Shown here: piece after piece, positions 51,200 to 63,700 of the stretch
How positions within the stretch are numbered: position 1 is the stretch's first letter
Layout of the letters: every line of letters begins with the position of its first letter
NCBI GenBank assembly: GCA_039096225.1
Contig: JBBPEB010000030.1
Coordinates: 62,001 to 126,000 of the forward strand
Length of the DNA stretch: 64,000 nt
DNA from: Blastocystis sp. Blastoise
Taxonomy: Eukaryota > Protista > Bigyra: Opalinata
Direction: 5' to 3'
The notes under the pieces: generated by a model
Told to the model about the DNA's origin: nothing
The model's input: only the letters and a program-made list of their open reading frames with translations
Database searches by the model: none
Program-made: the position numbers and the translations under genes

Positions 51200-52747
51200 A
51201 TGGAATTCAATAAAAGGAATATTACTTCGATTATTATATCCTTTGTACTTCTTATATTCTTAGGAGTAGCTTTTTGCTTTACAAAGTATGGAAAGTTACT
51301 GATTGTTGCAATACTTGGAGATAATGGTGAAAAATGTTATAAAACATTTTTTATTGACTTTAATATCCTCAATAAAGATTGTCTTCAAATTACAGTTTCT
51401 AAAGGTCTTGGTTATGGTATTGTTGTTGCTTCAGCAATTCTGAAAGTTCCTCAGATCGTTAAAATATTGTCAAGTCATAGTGTTATGGGTTTGAGTCTTG
51501 ATTCGTTTTTCTTTGAAGTAGCATCAAACATTCCTTCTGTGATATTTAATGTTGTCATGGTATGTACTAATCTAATCTATTCTAATCAGGTTATTAGAAA
51601 TATCCTTTCTCTGTTTTTGGTGAGTCCATTATTATTTTAGTTCAAAATGTCATCTTAGTCATTCTTTACTATATTTATGGTCGTTCAAAAACTACTTTTA
51701 AATATAGCTCTTTCTTCAGAAAATCTTTCTTTTTCTTCGGTATATATCCCGTTTTTATATACTATGTTCCAAATTCTATATCTTTTATGAGATACTATTG
51801 ATATCATAATATACTCATAGATCTAAAAATACTACCCATTATATATTATTATATATTCTAAAGAGATATAACGTTATATATATATTTTTTTAATTGAATT
51901 CTATGTTAATTATATATATATATTTTTATTAAATTCTATGTTAATTATATATATATATATATATTTAATTGAATACTATGTTAATTATATATATATATAT
52001 TTATTGAATTCTATGTTAATTATATATATATATTTAATTGAATACTATGTTAATTATCTATATATATATTTAATTGAATACTATGTTAATTATCTATATA
52101 TATGTTTTTTAATTGAATACTATGTTAATTATATATATAATTTCTTAATTGTATACTACTTTAAGTATCTTCCTTTGATCGGAGGCCTCTGTGCTATTAT
52201 TGGTCGTATTCCGCAAATAATGGAAAATAAGCGACAACGACACACAGGACAAGTATATATATATATATATATATTGATATTCTTCTTCTTATATATATAT
52301 ATTGATATTATTCTTTATGTTTGTTGATGTATCTATATAAGTTTTTATCGTTTTTAAAAAATTGAATCATAATAACTATATTAATTATATATATATCGCT
52401 ATCGCTATCAAATTCTTTTCTTTATTTTTTTTCTATTTCATTCTATTTAATATATATATATATAGTTATCTATATTAACATGGGCATTCACCGCTTTAGG
52501 TTCTATGGCTCGTATCTTCACGACAGTTACTGAAGTTAAGGATCCTATTATGACGCTTAGTTATTGTTTATCCTCATTAGTCAACTGGATTCTTGTCTTT
52601 CAAATCATATTGTATATTTTATTTATATATATTATTAATATAATATATATATATCATTCTTATTATTCTTATTATAGTTATTGGAATAGAACTACAAGAA
52701 TTATTAAAGAACAAACAACACCTATGGATAGTGATACTAAAATCTAA
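51200..52747 (+). CDS. MPDU1: PQ-loop protein, mannose-P-dolichol utilisation defect 1
   Basis: SKGLGYGIVVASAILKVPQI, YPFSVFGE, RIPQI..HTGQLS, GSMARIFT. Confidence 0.92.
51778..52159 (+). other. AT-AC (U12-type) intron in MPDU1, containing a ~33-bp minisatellite
   Basis: 5' ATATCTTTT, branch-like TTCTTAAT at 52142-52149, tandem in-frame TAC acceptors at 52156 and 52159. Confidence 0.85.
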
Positions 52748-53501
52748 TTTTTGAAAAAAAATATCAATTGTTCTTTATAACTCATATATTTTGTAATGTG
52801 TATTTTAAACTTGAATATTTGTTTGTTTTGTTGTTTAGAATATATTAAAACTTGACAATCTTATTATTAGTACTATTTAATACCCATCTTCAACAAATTT
52901 GTCATCAACAAGTAAGTCACAACGTCATACAGTTGCCCTCTGAGTTATTATATTTATTGTGTATATTCTTAAAGTAAATAATTTATTAAAATAAAAAGAA
53001 AAAAAATTGAATGAAGGAAGTCTTAAAAATTATAATTAAAAATTCATTTATTTACTCATTTCTTCAAGAAATAAAACATATGAAACCTAATTGTTTCAAG
53101 TATAACAAAAACAAGTTTTAATATGTTATATGAAACACATCATTTCTATAAGAAATAGTGTTTACTTCTCTCATTGGAAATGACCTTGATTCTCATTCTT
53201 GGGAATTTGTAGAAGAAAAAAAGAGAAATAAGGATTTGAGATCATATATAGAAAAAATCCCCTAAATAGGGTACTTTTTGGAGAAGATATGGGGTATTTT
53301 ATGATAGAAAGCCCTTTTTCCTCATTTCTGTCAATGCTTGATTGTTTTGAGAAAATAATCTAAGAAAGATCGTCTCATCTAGAAAGATCAATTGTTTTTT
53401 TTTGTTCTAACTGTTAATAAATAAGTAAAAGTATATTCTATATCAAGAAAACACATACTATGGAAAGCCATATACATGTTCTTATTTCTTTTTTTATCTA
53501 G

Positions 53502-54879
53502 ATGGCTGAAAAGAAAGCTAATCCTGAAGCTCTTCTTCAAAAATATAGAAAACTTGATGAAAACAGAGTCTGCCCTAACTGTGGTGAAGAATCTAAATTA
53601 GGTTTCACTAATGTTTGTGTTCCTTACAAGAGTTTTGTTTGTAATAACTGTAAAAGTGCTCATCAAGCTTTCTCTCACAGAGTGAAGGTAAAATTATAGA
53701 ATATATATTTTTATTATTGTTTAATTCTTTGTTTATCGTTTTACTATATTGGTTTTCATTATTTATAGAGTGTAACTATGTCTACTTGGACTTTAAAGGA
53801 AGTTAAGGCTCTTTCTTCTAAGAATGGTGGTGGTAATGATAATTGTAAGAAAATCTGGTTAAGTAAAGGACCTGTTGAGAAATATCAACCTCATCCTGGT
53901 GATGATTTAGATAAATTCAAGCGTTTTATTGAAATGGCTTATGAACAGAAGAAATTCTATGCTGGTGAAGATGACCAAGAAGAACAATCTGAAGAAGCTC
54001 CTGAAGAAGCTGAAGAACCCGAAGAAGAAGAAGCTCCTAAGAAGAAGGTTGTTAAGAAGGTTGTATGTGAATTTTTTTTTATATTCTATATATATGTTTT
54101 ATATTGTTTTTATATTAATATATATATTATTTTAATATTAATATATATATATATTAATATTAATATATATATATATATATAGGTTAAGAAGGTAGTAAAG
54201 AAGGTTGCTAAGAAGGAAGAACCTGAAGATGATGATTTAATGAACATGGGTGGTGAAGAGTATCTATTCTATACTATCTTATATTATCCATATTATTATT
54301 TATAGTATATAACTATTTATCTATATAGAGAAGCTGCTCCTAAGAAGACTACAAAGAAGGTTGTAAAGAAGGTTGTTAAGAAGGATAAGGAAGCTGTTAA
54401 ATCTCAAGATCTTATTGGATTTGATGTCGATTCTCCTGAATCTCGTTTACGTATATATATATATATATATATAAACATATTTATTATTCTATTTATTATC
54501 ATAATCATCAATCAATATCAAATTTTAATACATAAATTTCATAATTTTTATAGAAAAGTTATTAGCTCAAACTGACTTCAATGGTGCTGCTGCTCCTGCT
54601 GCTGCTGTTCCCCTTGGTGGTAACGTTCTTATGCCTTCTAATGTTGATTATCAAAAGATGGCTGAAGCTAATGCTATTTCTAGCTTAGGTCCTTCTGTCC
54701 AAGTAGGTCGTACCATGATGCCCATGGCTGCTATGCAACCTACTATGGGTTATGGTATGTATCCTCAACAACAAATGGGTATGGGATATGGCATGCCTCA
54801 ACAACAAATGGGTATGTATGGTCAACAACAAATGGGCATGGGCATGGGTTATGGCATGCAACAACAAAGAGGATTCTAA
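53502..54879 (+). CDS. ArfGAP-domain protein (AGFG/SMAP-like architecture) with MGYG/QQ low-complexity tail
   Basis: ENRVCPNC..FVCNNC..HRVKSVTMSTWTLKEV..GGN..W..FIEMAYEQKKF; 4 introns. Confidence 0.9.
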
Positions 54880-55330
54880 ACGAACTTCATTGAGAATACT
54901 CAAATCTAACCTTAAAATCTGATATTTTAAAAAATACCTGCTTTTATATAATATATCATTGAATTACGTGTTATTTTAATTTTATCAATTGTATGGTGTA
55001 ATTACTCTTTGTGAATATTACTGTAAAAATATACAAATATTTTGACATATATATATATCTATCTTGTACTCTTTTCTTTTTAATATATGCCAATCTATAC
55101 GTTATTTATTATTGGTTTATGTTTTTATTCTATTTAACAAACTGTTATAAACTTTAAAATTATTGTATAAAAGTAACAACGATAAATAACTAACAAAAAA
55201 AAAGAGAAATGAAAACATATAAGTATATCTACATGACAATATAGATAAAGAAAAAAAAGATATATCTCAAGTTAATAGAAACAAAAATATTTTAAATATA
55301 TACAAATAAGTAATTCAAGAAATATCTTGT

Positions 55331-55579
55331 TTATACTTTTATTATACATTTATCCTCATTTTGTATAGAGGGTAGAGAATTAAGAATACTCTTATCCGTA
55401 ATTTGGTCACTAGGATAATGATAACCATTGATGTCAACAGGTTGTGGTTTAGGAACATATTTTGGGAATTCAAATCCATTCACATTGACAGTGTCTTTGC
55501 TTTTGATAAAAGAATCTGTTGGTATAAATCCCTTTTCATCACATGAAGGCAATGAGGCAATGTTAGATGAAAAACTCAT
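55331..55579 (-). CDS. Small hypothetical protein (82 aa)
   Basis: ATG-initiated ORF of normal complexity and higher GC, lying in a gene-sized gap. Confidence 0.55.
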   Translation of the reverse strand: MSFSSNIASLPSCDEKGFIPTDSFIKSKDTVNVNGFEFPKYVPKPQPVDINGYHYPSDQITDKSILNSLPSIQNEDKCIIKV

Positions 55580-55821
55580 TATATTTTATAGAAAAATGGT
55601 ATGAACAACGAGAGAGTAGTTATAAAACATTTAGATAGAGATTTCTGAAATAAAAAGTAAATTCGTGAATATATAATTTTTAAGAAGAGAAAAAGGAAAT
55701 GTTTTCATGATTCAAAAAGAACAAGGATTTTTCTACTCATTAAGCATTTGTGTGGCATTCTATTACTATTAAGGTATTTATCACATTGATTCATATTCAA
55801 TAATTCAAGAAGAAGTAAGAG

Positions 55822-56985
55822 ATGAATCAGACAGAAAGATTAGTTGTTCACAGAAAAGAAATATCTTTAGAAAATCAGAATAACCATCAAACTACAAAGC
55901 TTCCTTCGCTAGAAGAAATCGATATTGACGAAAATAGTATTTTTTCTGGAACTAAAGAAGAATCAGTAGTGAATGATCATCAACTTATTATAGGTTACTA
56001 TATATTTTATGTTTAAATGATTATTAATATTTTATTGTTATTTCAGGTATTCCAAATCCTGTTGATTCTTGTGAATCAGTTCAAAAGAAGCAAATTATTT
56101 CATTAAATGATTCTAAATTAAAAGAATTGTAAGCTATTTTTAATTTTTTTATTTAAATATATTATTAGGAAACAAAACAATGATATAGATGTTTCACATA
56201 ATACTATTCAAAATAGTATTCAGAATGATATTCAAATTAACTCTCAAATCAATATTCAGAATAAATCAAATAATTCTCAAAATAATTTACCCAGTAATTC
56301 TCAAAATAATTTACCCAATAATTCTCAAAATAATTTACCCAATAATTCTCAAATTATGCCTACAAATAACTATCCTATAAATGGTATGCCATCTTTTGAT
56401 TCTCTTCCTCTTCCTAATGGAATGATTCCCTTACCTCCTCCTAATGGAATGATGCCTCCTCCTCCATTCCTATTTCCTCCTTATCTTCCTATTCCTCCTC
56501 CATATATGAATCCAAATACTCCATATTCTATACCTCTTCCTCCAATTATTACTAATACTTCTACTTCAGAAACACATAATATACTCTCTTCAACAACAGG
56601 AATTATCAATAGTCAAACGAATCAACATTCATCAGAAAACAATATACACTCCTCTGACACTATTCAAATAGATTCCACGAATTCAAAAGATATTAATAAT
56701 AATACAAAGAACAATCAAGGAATATCTCCTTCTACAACTATAAATGAACAACAATCGAATACTCCAATAACATCAAATCCACAGAGATCTAATCGTCGAA
56801 TGAAAGTCATACCTCCATTCATTCCAGATTTCTCGTATATTAATCCAAATTTTAGAGCCCAAGATATCCAACCATTTCAAGGAAAAATTGATATGCATTC
56901 CATTGAATCATTGAATGATGCTATGTTTAAAGATCGTTTTATTAAACCTTCTTTCTTAGAAGACCCTTGGAAAAATATAATGTAA
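55822..56985 (+). CDS. Pro-rich protein with MPLKIP/TTDN1/SICKLE-like C-terminal motif
   Basis: Two GT-AG introns give an open frame ending FIKPSFLEDPWKNIM, similar to the YFKPSMLEDPW motif. Confidence 0.7.
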
Positions 56986-57048
56986 AAATAGTAATAAAAT
57001 TTTTTTTTGTTATAATATGACAATATTTAATTAATATACACAACCTGT

Positions 57049-57096
<48 letters not shown>

Positions 57097-57226
57097 ATAA
57101 GAAACAACAACTCAATTATTCATAGCATATATTATATAATATATTAACACCAAACAGAAAAATTTAAAAACCATTTATAAAATAATTCATAAAACATAAA
57201 TAATAGAACACAAAATTATAAATGTT

Positions 57227-60200
57227 TTATTCTTTCATATCAATATCTTTATTAGAATCAACTTCTTCATCATTCGATTGTTCTTCTTCTTCTTCCATAC
57301 CTTTCTTAACATCAAATTCAAGAGTATATTCCTATAAAAAGAAAATTAATAGAATAATAATATATATATAACAATAAAATTAATAATATAACAATATATA
57401 TTCTTGATCACAACCTAAATAAGAATCAGTCATAAAGTATAAAGTATAAGAATAATGGCCAGGTTCATCAGGAGCATTAAATTGTAACTTTGTACGATTT
57501 TCAGCTTTCAAATTAATAGATTTAATTGTATGAATAACATTACTTTCATTATCACCAACAATAAGCCACCACATTTCTTTCTTTGGAATAGGATAAGTTT
57601 GACTAGATACAATACCAATAGAACTAGGATCCTCATCTTCATCAACATCTCTAGTTAAATGAACATTTACAGTAACAACATCATCTGTTGTTAATGTATC
57701 TATATCTTCTATTTCATGTTCTAACTCTATAGATGGATAACTATTACAGAAAGTAGCTATATCTCCAATTTGTTGTTCAGTTAATCCTTTCAAATATTGA
57801 TTTCTTTGTTCATCTTCACATTCAATGATATCAAAAATACCTTCAACACCTTCAGCTTCACAATCTTGAGCTCTATCTTTATCAAAATGAGGTAATTGTA
57901 ATAAACGACTATCTTCAGCCCACATACCTTGTACAATCATCTGACATAATTCAATAGTAGCTAAAACAGGCTTTAAGTATGAAGAACTACTAATAATATC
58001 TACTAAACATTGAAGTAAACGAAGAGATACACTTAATACACCTTCAGTATCTAATTTCATATCACTAGACATAAGCTTACGAGAGAAATAATTTTGTAAT
58101 AATAAATTCACTTTTTGACCTGTTAATGTCTTATTTTCTACAGGATAAGGAAGAGAACGAATATCTTGTCGTATAGTATCTTGTTCATTATGACGAATAA
58201 TAATATCATCAAATTCAGAAGCAGAACATAATATTTGTAATAAACCCTTTCGCTTAGCTTTAGGTTTAATCGATTGAGCAAATAATTCAATAGTAGTATA
58301 TTGAACATAATAATAAGCAGCAATCATACCCATATTAACAGCAGTAAGTTCTAATTCATTCATCTTCTTAATAAGTCCAGCATCAACCAAAGAATTAATC
58401 GTTTCTTCTGTTAATTCAGAAGTATAATCAGATAAATGATCCGCTGATACACCTTGTAATCCATAATAATTAGGATTCTTAAGTAGACGACGGAATAAGA
58501 ATGTCCATGTTAAATAATCATTAGCATCTTGATAATTATCTATAGAACGACTTACAATTTCAGCATTAAATAAATCAGCAAGATTCAAATATAATTGACT
58601 TTCTAGAGGAAGAGGTTCATACAAGAATTTCTTAAAGAATGCCTTTTTAGGTGTATGACAGAGAACGACACATTTACCTACACTATCAACAGAAGGACGA
58701 CTAGCATGACCAATCATTTGAATCATTTCATTAATAGAATAATCAACATACATATGTTCCTTACCATCATAATAGGTAGTTTCCATAATAATAACAAGAT
58801 GGGCTAGCTCTTCTAAACACCAACAACAATCAAAAGTACTCACTAGAACTTGAATCTTTTCTTCATGATATAATTGAAGAACAATCTTCTTATCATTTTC
58901 ATTCATACCCTATAGAAACATAATATAAATTATGAACTGTATAAATAATAATAATAATTTAAAAGATTATATAATATCAGTAGTGGTTAAGGTTAGTATC
59001 ATGAGGTTTCCCCTCAAAAACACGGACCAGTGGTATCCTCATTTAAGAATATATATATATATATATATATATAACACAGATAGTAATAAATATTCTTATA
59101 AGTAATATCAGTAGTGGTTAAGGTTAGTATCATGAGGTTTCCCCTCAAAAACACGGACCAGTGGTATCCTCATTTAAGAATAAATATACTACAATGTAAA
59201 TGTATAAATAAAAAGAGATGTCAGAAATGGTTGCTAGTTTGATCATAAGGTTCCCCCTCAGATAAAACACGGACCAATTTATCATCATTCTCTCTTTAGT
59301 AATACACATTATATATATATAATCAGAAAATAGAAATAATAATAAATATCAGTAGTGGTTAAGGTTAGTATCATGAGGTTTCCCCTCAAAAACACGGACC
59401 AGTGGTATCCTCATTTATTTATTATTTAATTTGATAAAAAATAATTTAAAATAATTAAATAATTGAAAAAATTAAAAAAAAAAAAAAAAAAACAATAATA
59501 ATAATAATAAGAGTGTCAGAAATGGTTGATAGTTTGATCATAAGGTTCCCCCTCAGATAAAACACGGACCAATTTATCATCATTCTCTTAAATTATTAAT
59601 ATAAAATATAATCAGAAGTATCTGTATATCAGTCATAATATACATAAATATACATTCTTACAATAATTGTTATTACATCATATTAATAAATATATCATAA
59701 ATAGATAAATCATATAATATACATACCTTATAAAAGAAACCAATACCAGCAAGTAAAACTACTTTAAGAGCAGGATCTTGAATCGACTCTGTAATTTGTT
59801 CAATATCTTCTTTGGTTGTATGTAAGAATCGAGAAGCATTATTACTAGCACTAGCATAAGTTAATATATCAACACTAGTCATTTGAGCTTGTTTCTTAGA
59901 AGGAACAAATACAATAGTAGATTTAATAGTAGCTAAACTAATAATACTATTATACATAGGTTTACTCATTGCTAATAAACGTGTACCTACATGATTAATA
60001 TCAAATCCTTCTATATGCATTTCAAGTGGAACAGGACGAACACTACTGTGGAAATTATATAAAGATCGTTCACAAGTTAACCAATCTGATAAAGAACGAG
60101 CATTAGCCACGGATGTTGACAAAGCAATAATACGAACTTTCTTTTCTAATTGATTTGTCATATATCGTATTCTTGATAATACAATTTCATAAATATAACC

Positions 60201-63200
60201 CTTAGGAGAATTAATCATATGTAATTCATCAGCAATTACTAAAGAAATCGATTGAATTGATTGTTTTTGTTTCCATCTTCTAGAAATACGATCCCATATT
60301 TCAGGATTTGTAATAATCAAATTACTTTTAGCAACACTTGATTCATCGATACTCATATCACCCATTAATAACGATACAACTAAACCAAACTGTTCAAATT
60401 TCTTCCAATCGTTATAACGAAGAATACATAAATCTTGTATGGGAGCAATATATAATATTTTGCCAGTATCTTCATCAGCAATATGTTTTAAAATAGCTAA
60501 TTCAGCAGCTATAGTCTTACCAGATCCAGTAGGAGCACAAATAAGTGTATTATTATCTGTTTTATATATACTATCAAAAACTTGAGTTTGAATAGGATTA
60601 AAATGAATAAAACGATCATTATAAAGAGATTCAAATTCTTTATTCTTTAAAGCATAAACAGGTAAAGGAGTTAAATCTAATAATTCTACATTAGGATGAT
60701 ATTTTTCAGGAAGAAGTAAATGTCTAAAACTAATTGTATGAATAGTTTCAGAATGTAACCATTTATCATTTATAATTCTTAAGAAATATTGAGGTGAAAG
60801 AGGATCAAAGATAGGAACAGTAAACACTAGAGAATGCTCATTTTCAAAATACTTCTTCTTTAATAAGAAATATTCATAATGAAGTATTTGTTCACCATCA
60901 CCATCTTCGACAATAATATGAAATCCTTCACTATTACCATGATATTGTTCATCATATTTGAAATCAGCAGTTAATAATAATTCGACTTTCATAAGAGATC
61001 TAGTAATAGGTTGTACTTGTATTTGACAATCCATACGAGGAATCATATGAACAAGAGAATGAACTTCACTACTTAATTTACTATTACGAACCATTTCACC
61101 GAAATCAGAAGGAGTAATATCATAATAACGTTCAAAAGGTAAAGGATTATTTTCTAATAAATTCAAAGTTTGTTCAGATAATCTACCTTTAAATTGTCTT
61201 AAAGGAGATTGAGAATACCATAAGCGTTTATCAACACATTTACATATATTCAATATCTTTTGAGAAACAGCAGACCAACCTCTCTTTAAACAAATTTCAA
61301 ATAAAGCTCTAAAGATACGACCAGCACTTTGTTGAACAAACACCATATCAGCAGCTAAAGCAAATCCATCTAATTTTTGTTTACTTATATAAGCTTGTAA
61401 TAATACATTCACCTTAGCAGAAGGTTCTTCTACAGTTTCACGAATAGGAATAGGTACCTTTTGAAGTAATTTTTCTAATTCTAATTTTTCTTCTTGTCTA
61501 ACAATAATTTGAGAGAATTCATTAGATAAAGAGAATAATCTAAATATTTCAATATCACCCATAGTTGGCTTTAAGAATTCATTATAAGTAGCAATAGAAG
61601 GATTCGTAATATAATAATAAGCAGCAGTACGACCAAGAGCAGTACTTTGGAAAACACCTGTTTTACGTTCATATTTAATAAGACCATGTTTAGCTAATAA
61701 GGTAGCAGCACTATGAACAAGATCTACACGACGTTGTAATAAAATAGGATCATGAACAAGTTCATCAGGATCTACACCATATAACTCAGGATTACGAAGC
61801 ATACGAATAAATAAATAAGTATATCCAAGCCAATGGACAGCTTCACTAACATTCTGACAAGTACCAATAACAATTTCAGCATTTAAATTATCGGCTAACT
61901 TTTTAATATGTTGAGATTCAATAGGTAATTGTTGATTCATAAGAGATAAATAATATTGAAGTTCACTATGTTTTGTAATAATAATACCTTCACCTGTTTT
62001 ATCATATTGAGGACGTCCAGCACGACCTAACATCTGTAAGACATCTTGAGGACTTAATTCAACCCATTGACCTTTTTCAGGACTATACATTTGTGTACCT
62101 TTTATAATAACAGTATGTGCAGGTAAATTTACACCCCAAGCTAATGTCATAGTACTGACTAAAACAGGAATACGACGAGCAGCAAATAAATCTTCAACTA
62201 AAGAACGATCATCTCTAGTAAGACCAGCATGATGGATAGCAAAACCAAATGGTAACAATTCTTGTAATTCTTTATCTTTACAATTCTTAGATTGTTCTTT
62301 TAATAATTCTTTTTCACCACTATTTTCAGGTACAAATTGTCCTAAAGTATCTTCATCTAAAGACATATCACGAATAGCACGAGCAGTCTTAGCAGTTTCT
62401 TTTCTTGAATGAACAAAAATAATTACTTGATTCTTACCAGCTTCAGCAAGTACTTTTTCATAACAGATTTTATTCATTAATTGAAGAGCTTTAAGTGGTT
62501 TCTTTTCAGTAACACCAATATATTGTTGATCTAAACCAACAGGACGATACGAATTATCAAAGAAAAACAATCCCTTTTCAGTAACACGAAGGAAATTAGC
62601 AACATCAACATAATTAGGAAGAGTAGCTGATAAACCAACAAGACGAACAAGTTCCTATAGAAAATAAAAAATATATCTAAAAATATCTTTACATAAAAAT
62701 AGAAAAATTATATATGTAATAAAATAAGATATATAATAGACTGAAAATATCTATCGAGCAAGAGGACCTTCTGTTCAGGGAAATTGCAAACCAAAGGTGA
62801 TACATGCTCGAATTGTTTTTTAAAATAATTAAAATAAAAATATATATATATATAAATAATAATGACAAAAAAAAAAGCAATATAAATAATATATACTTGA
62901 GTAGTTTCAATTTGTCTTAATGTACGTGCAACAATAGCTTCAAGAACAGGACCACGATCATCATGTAATAAATGAATTTCATCAATAATAATTAATCGAA
63001 CAAGCTATAATATATAAATAAGCATAAGAAATAATATATAATATACTTGAGTATAAGTTCTTTCACCACTCTTACGAGTAATAATATCCCATTTTTCAGG
63101 TGTTGTAACTATGATTTGAGTTTCACTAATTTCTTCTTTAGTAAGATTAATATCACCAGATAATTCTCGAACAACAATTCCATAATAAGATAAACGTTGA

Positions 63201-63700
63201 GTAAAATTATCAACAATTTCCTTAACTAAAGCTTTCATAGGAGCAACGTAAACAATTTTAAATTTATCCTTATCAACAGAACCATCTTCACGAAGATGTA
63301 AACCAATTTCATGCATAATTGTTAATACAGCAACATTAGTTTTACCAGCACCTGTAGGAGCACATAGTAAAATATTTTCCTATATATAATAATATAGTAT
63401 TAAATAATATAGATTCATTTATATAATAATATCTAAATAATAAAAAATATTAAAAAAAAAAATGCATACAGATGATAAAAGGGCAGTTTCATAAATTTTG
63501 CTTTGGACAGGATTTAAACGATCCATACCTTTGAAAGCAGGTTGAGCCCAATCGGGAAGAGACTTAATCTTGACAAGAGTATCTTCTGCGAATTGTTTTC
63601 TTTCAATTGCAGGAACATGTACTTCTTCATATCCTTTCTTTTCAGCTTTCCATGACTTTTCAGGTAGCTTAAAGCTTATGTTACTCATATAATGTCCTCC
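57227..63700 (-). CDS. BRR2: U5 snRNP 200-kDa helicase (5' part lies beyond the window)
   Basis: [42 protein letters not shown], second cassette APTGSGKT, Sec63 domains, SYLGCDQEY. Confidence 0.98.
58977..59042 (-). ncRNA. Box C/D snoRNA, U18/snR18 family, type A copy 1
   Basis: C box ATGAGGA, guide TGGTCCGTGTTT + D' TTGA, C' ATGATAC, D CTGA; same strand as the host BRR2. Confidence 0.88.
59108..59173 (-). ncRNA. Box C/D snoRNA, U18/snR18 family, type A copy 2
   Basis: Core identical to copy 1. Confidence 0.88.
59221..59288 (-). ncRNA. Box C/D snoRNA, U18-related type B copy 1
   Basis: C ATGATGA, guide TTGGTCCGTGTTTTAT + D' CTGA, C' ATGATCA, D CTGA, terminal stem AGAGA/TCTCT. Confidence 0.9.
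59349..59414 (-). ncRNA. Box C/D snoRNA, U18/snR18 family, type A copy 3
   Basis: Core identical to copy 1. Confidence 0.88.
59516..59583 (-). ncRNA. Box C/D snoRNA, U18-related type B copy 2
   Basis: One substitution relative to B1; terminal stem TAAGAG/CTCTTA. Confidence 0.9.
62747..62813 (-). ncRNA. Candidate single-hairpin H/ACA-like (AGA box) guide RNA in a BRR2 intron
   Basis: Lower stem TCGAGCA/TGCTCGA, internal loop TGTATC / CCTCT, upper stem ACCTT/AAGGT, then T-AGA-TAT; GC-rich island in an AT-rich intron. Confidence 0.6.

Noticed and set aside
59003-59017. snoRNA internal TGAGGGGAAAC as accessory pairing to LSU GUUUCCCUCA
   Set aside because: Imperfect, overlaps box D', and is equally explained by the GAGG/CCTC hairpin between D' and C'
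58977-59583. CRISPR-like array or hammerhead ribozymes
   Set aside because: The repeats have C/D boxes and an rRNA guide, the spacers are AT-rich intron filler, and there is no CUGAUGA/GAAA core arrangement
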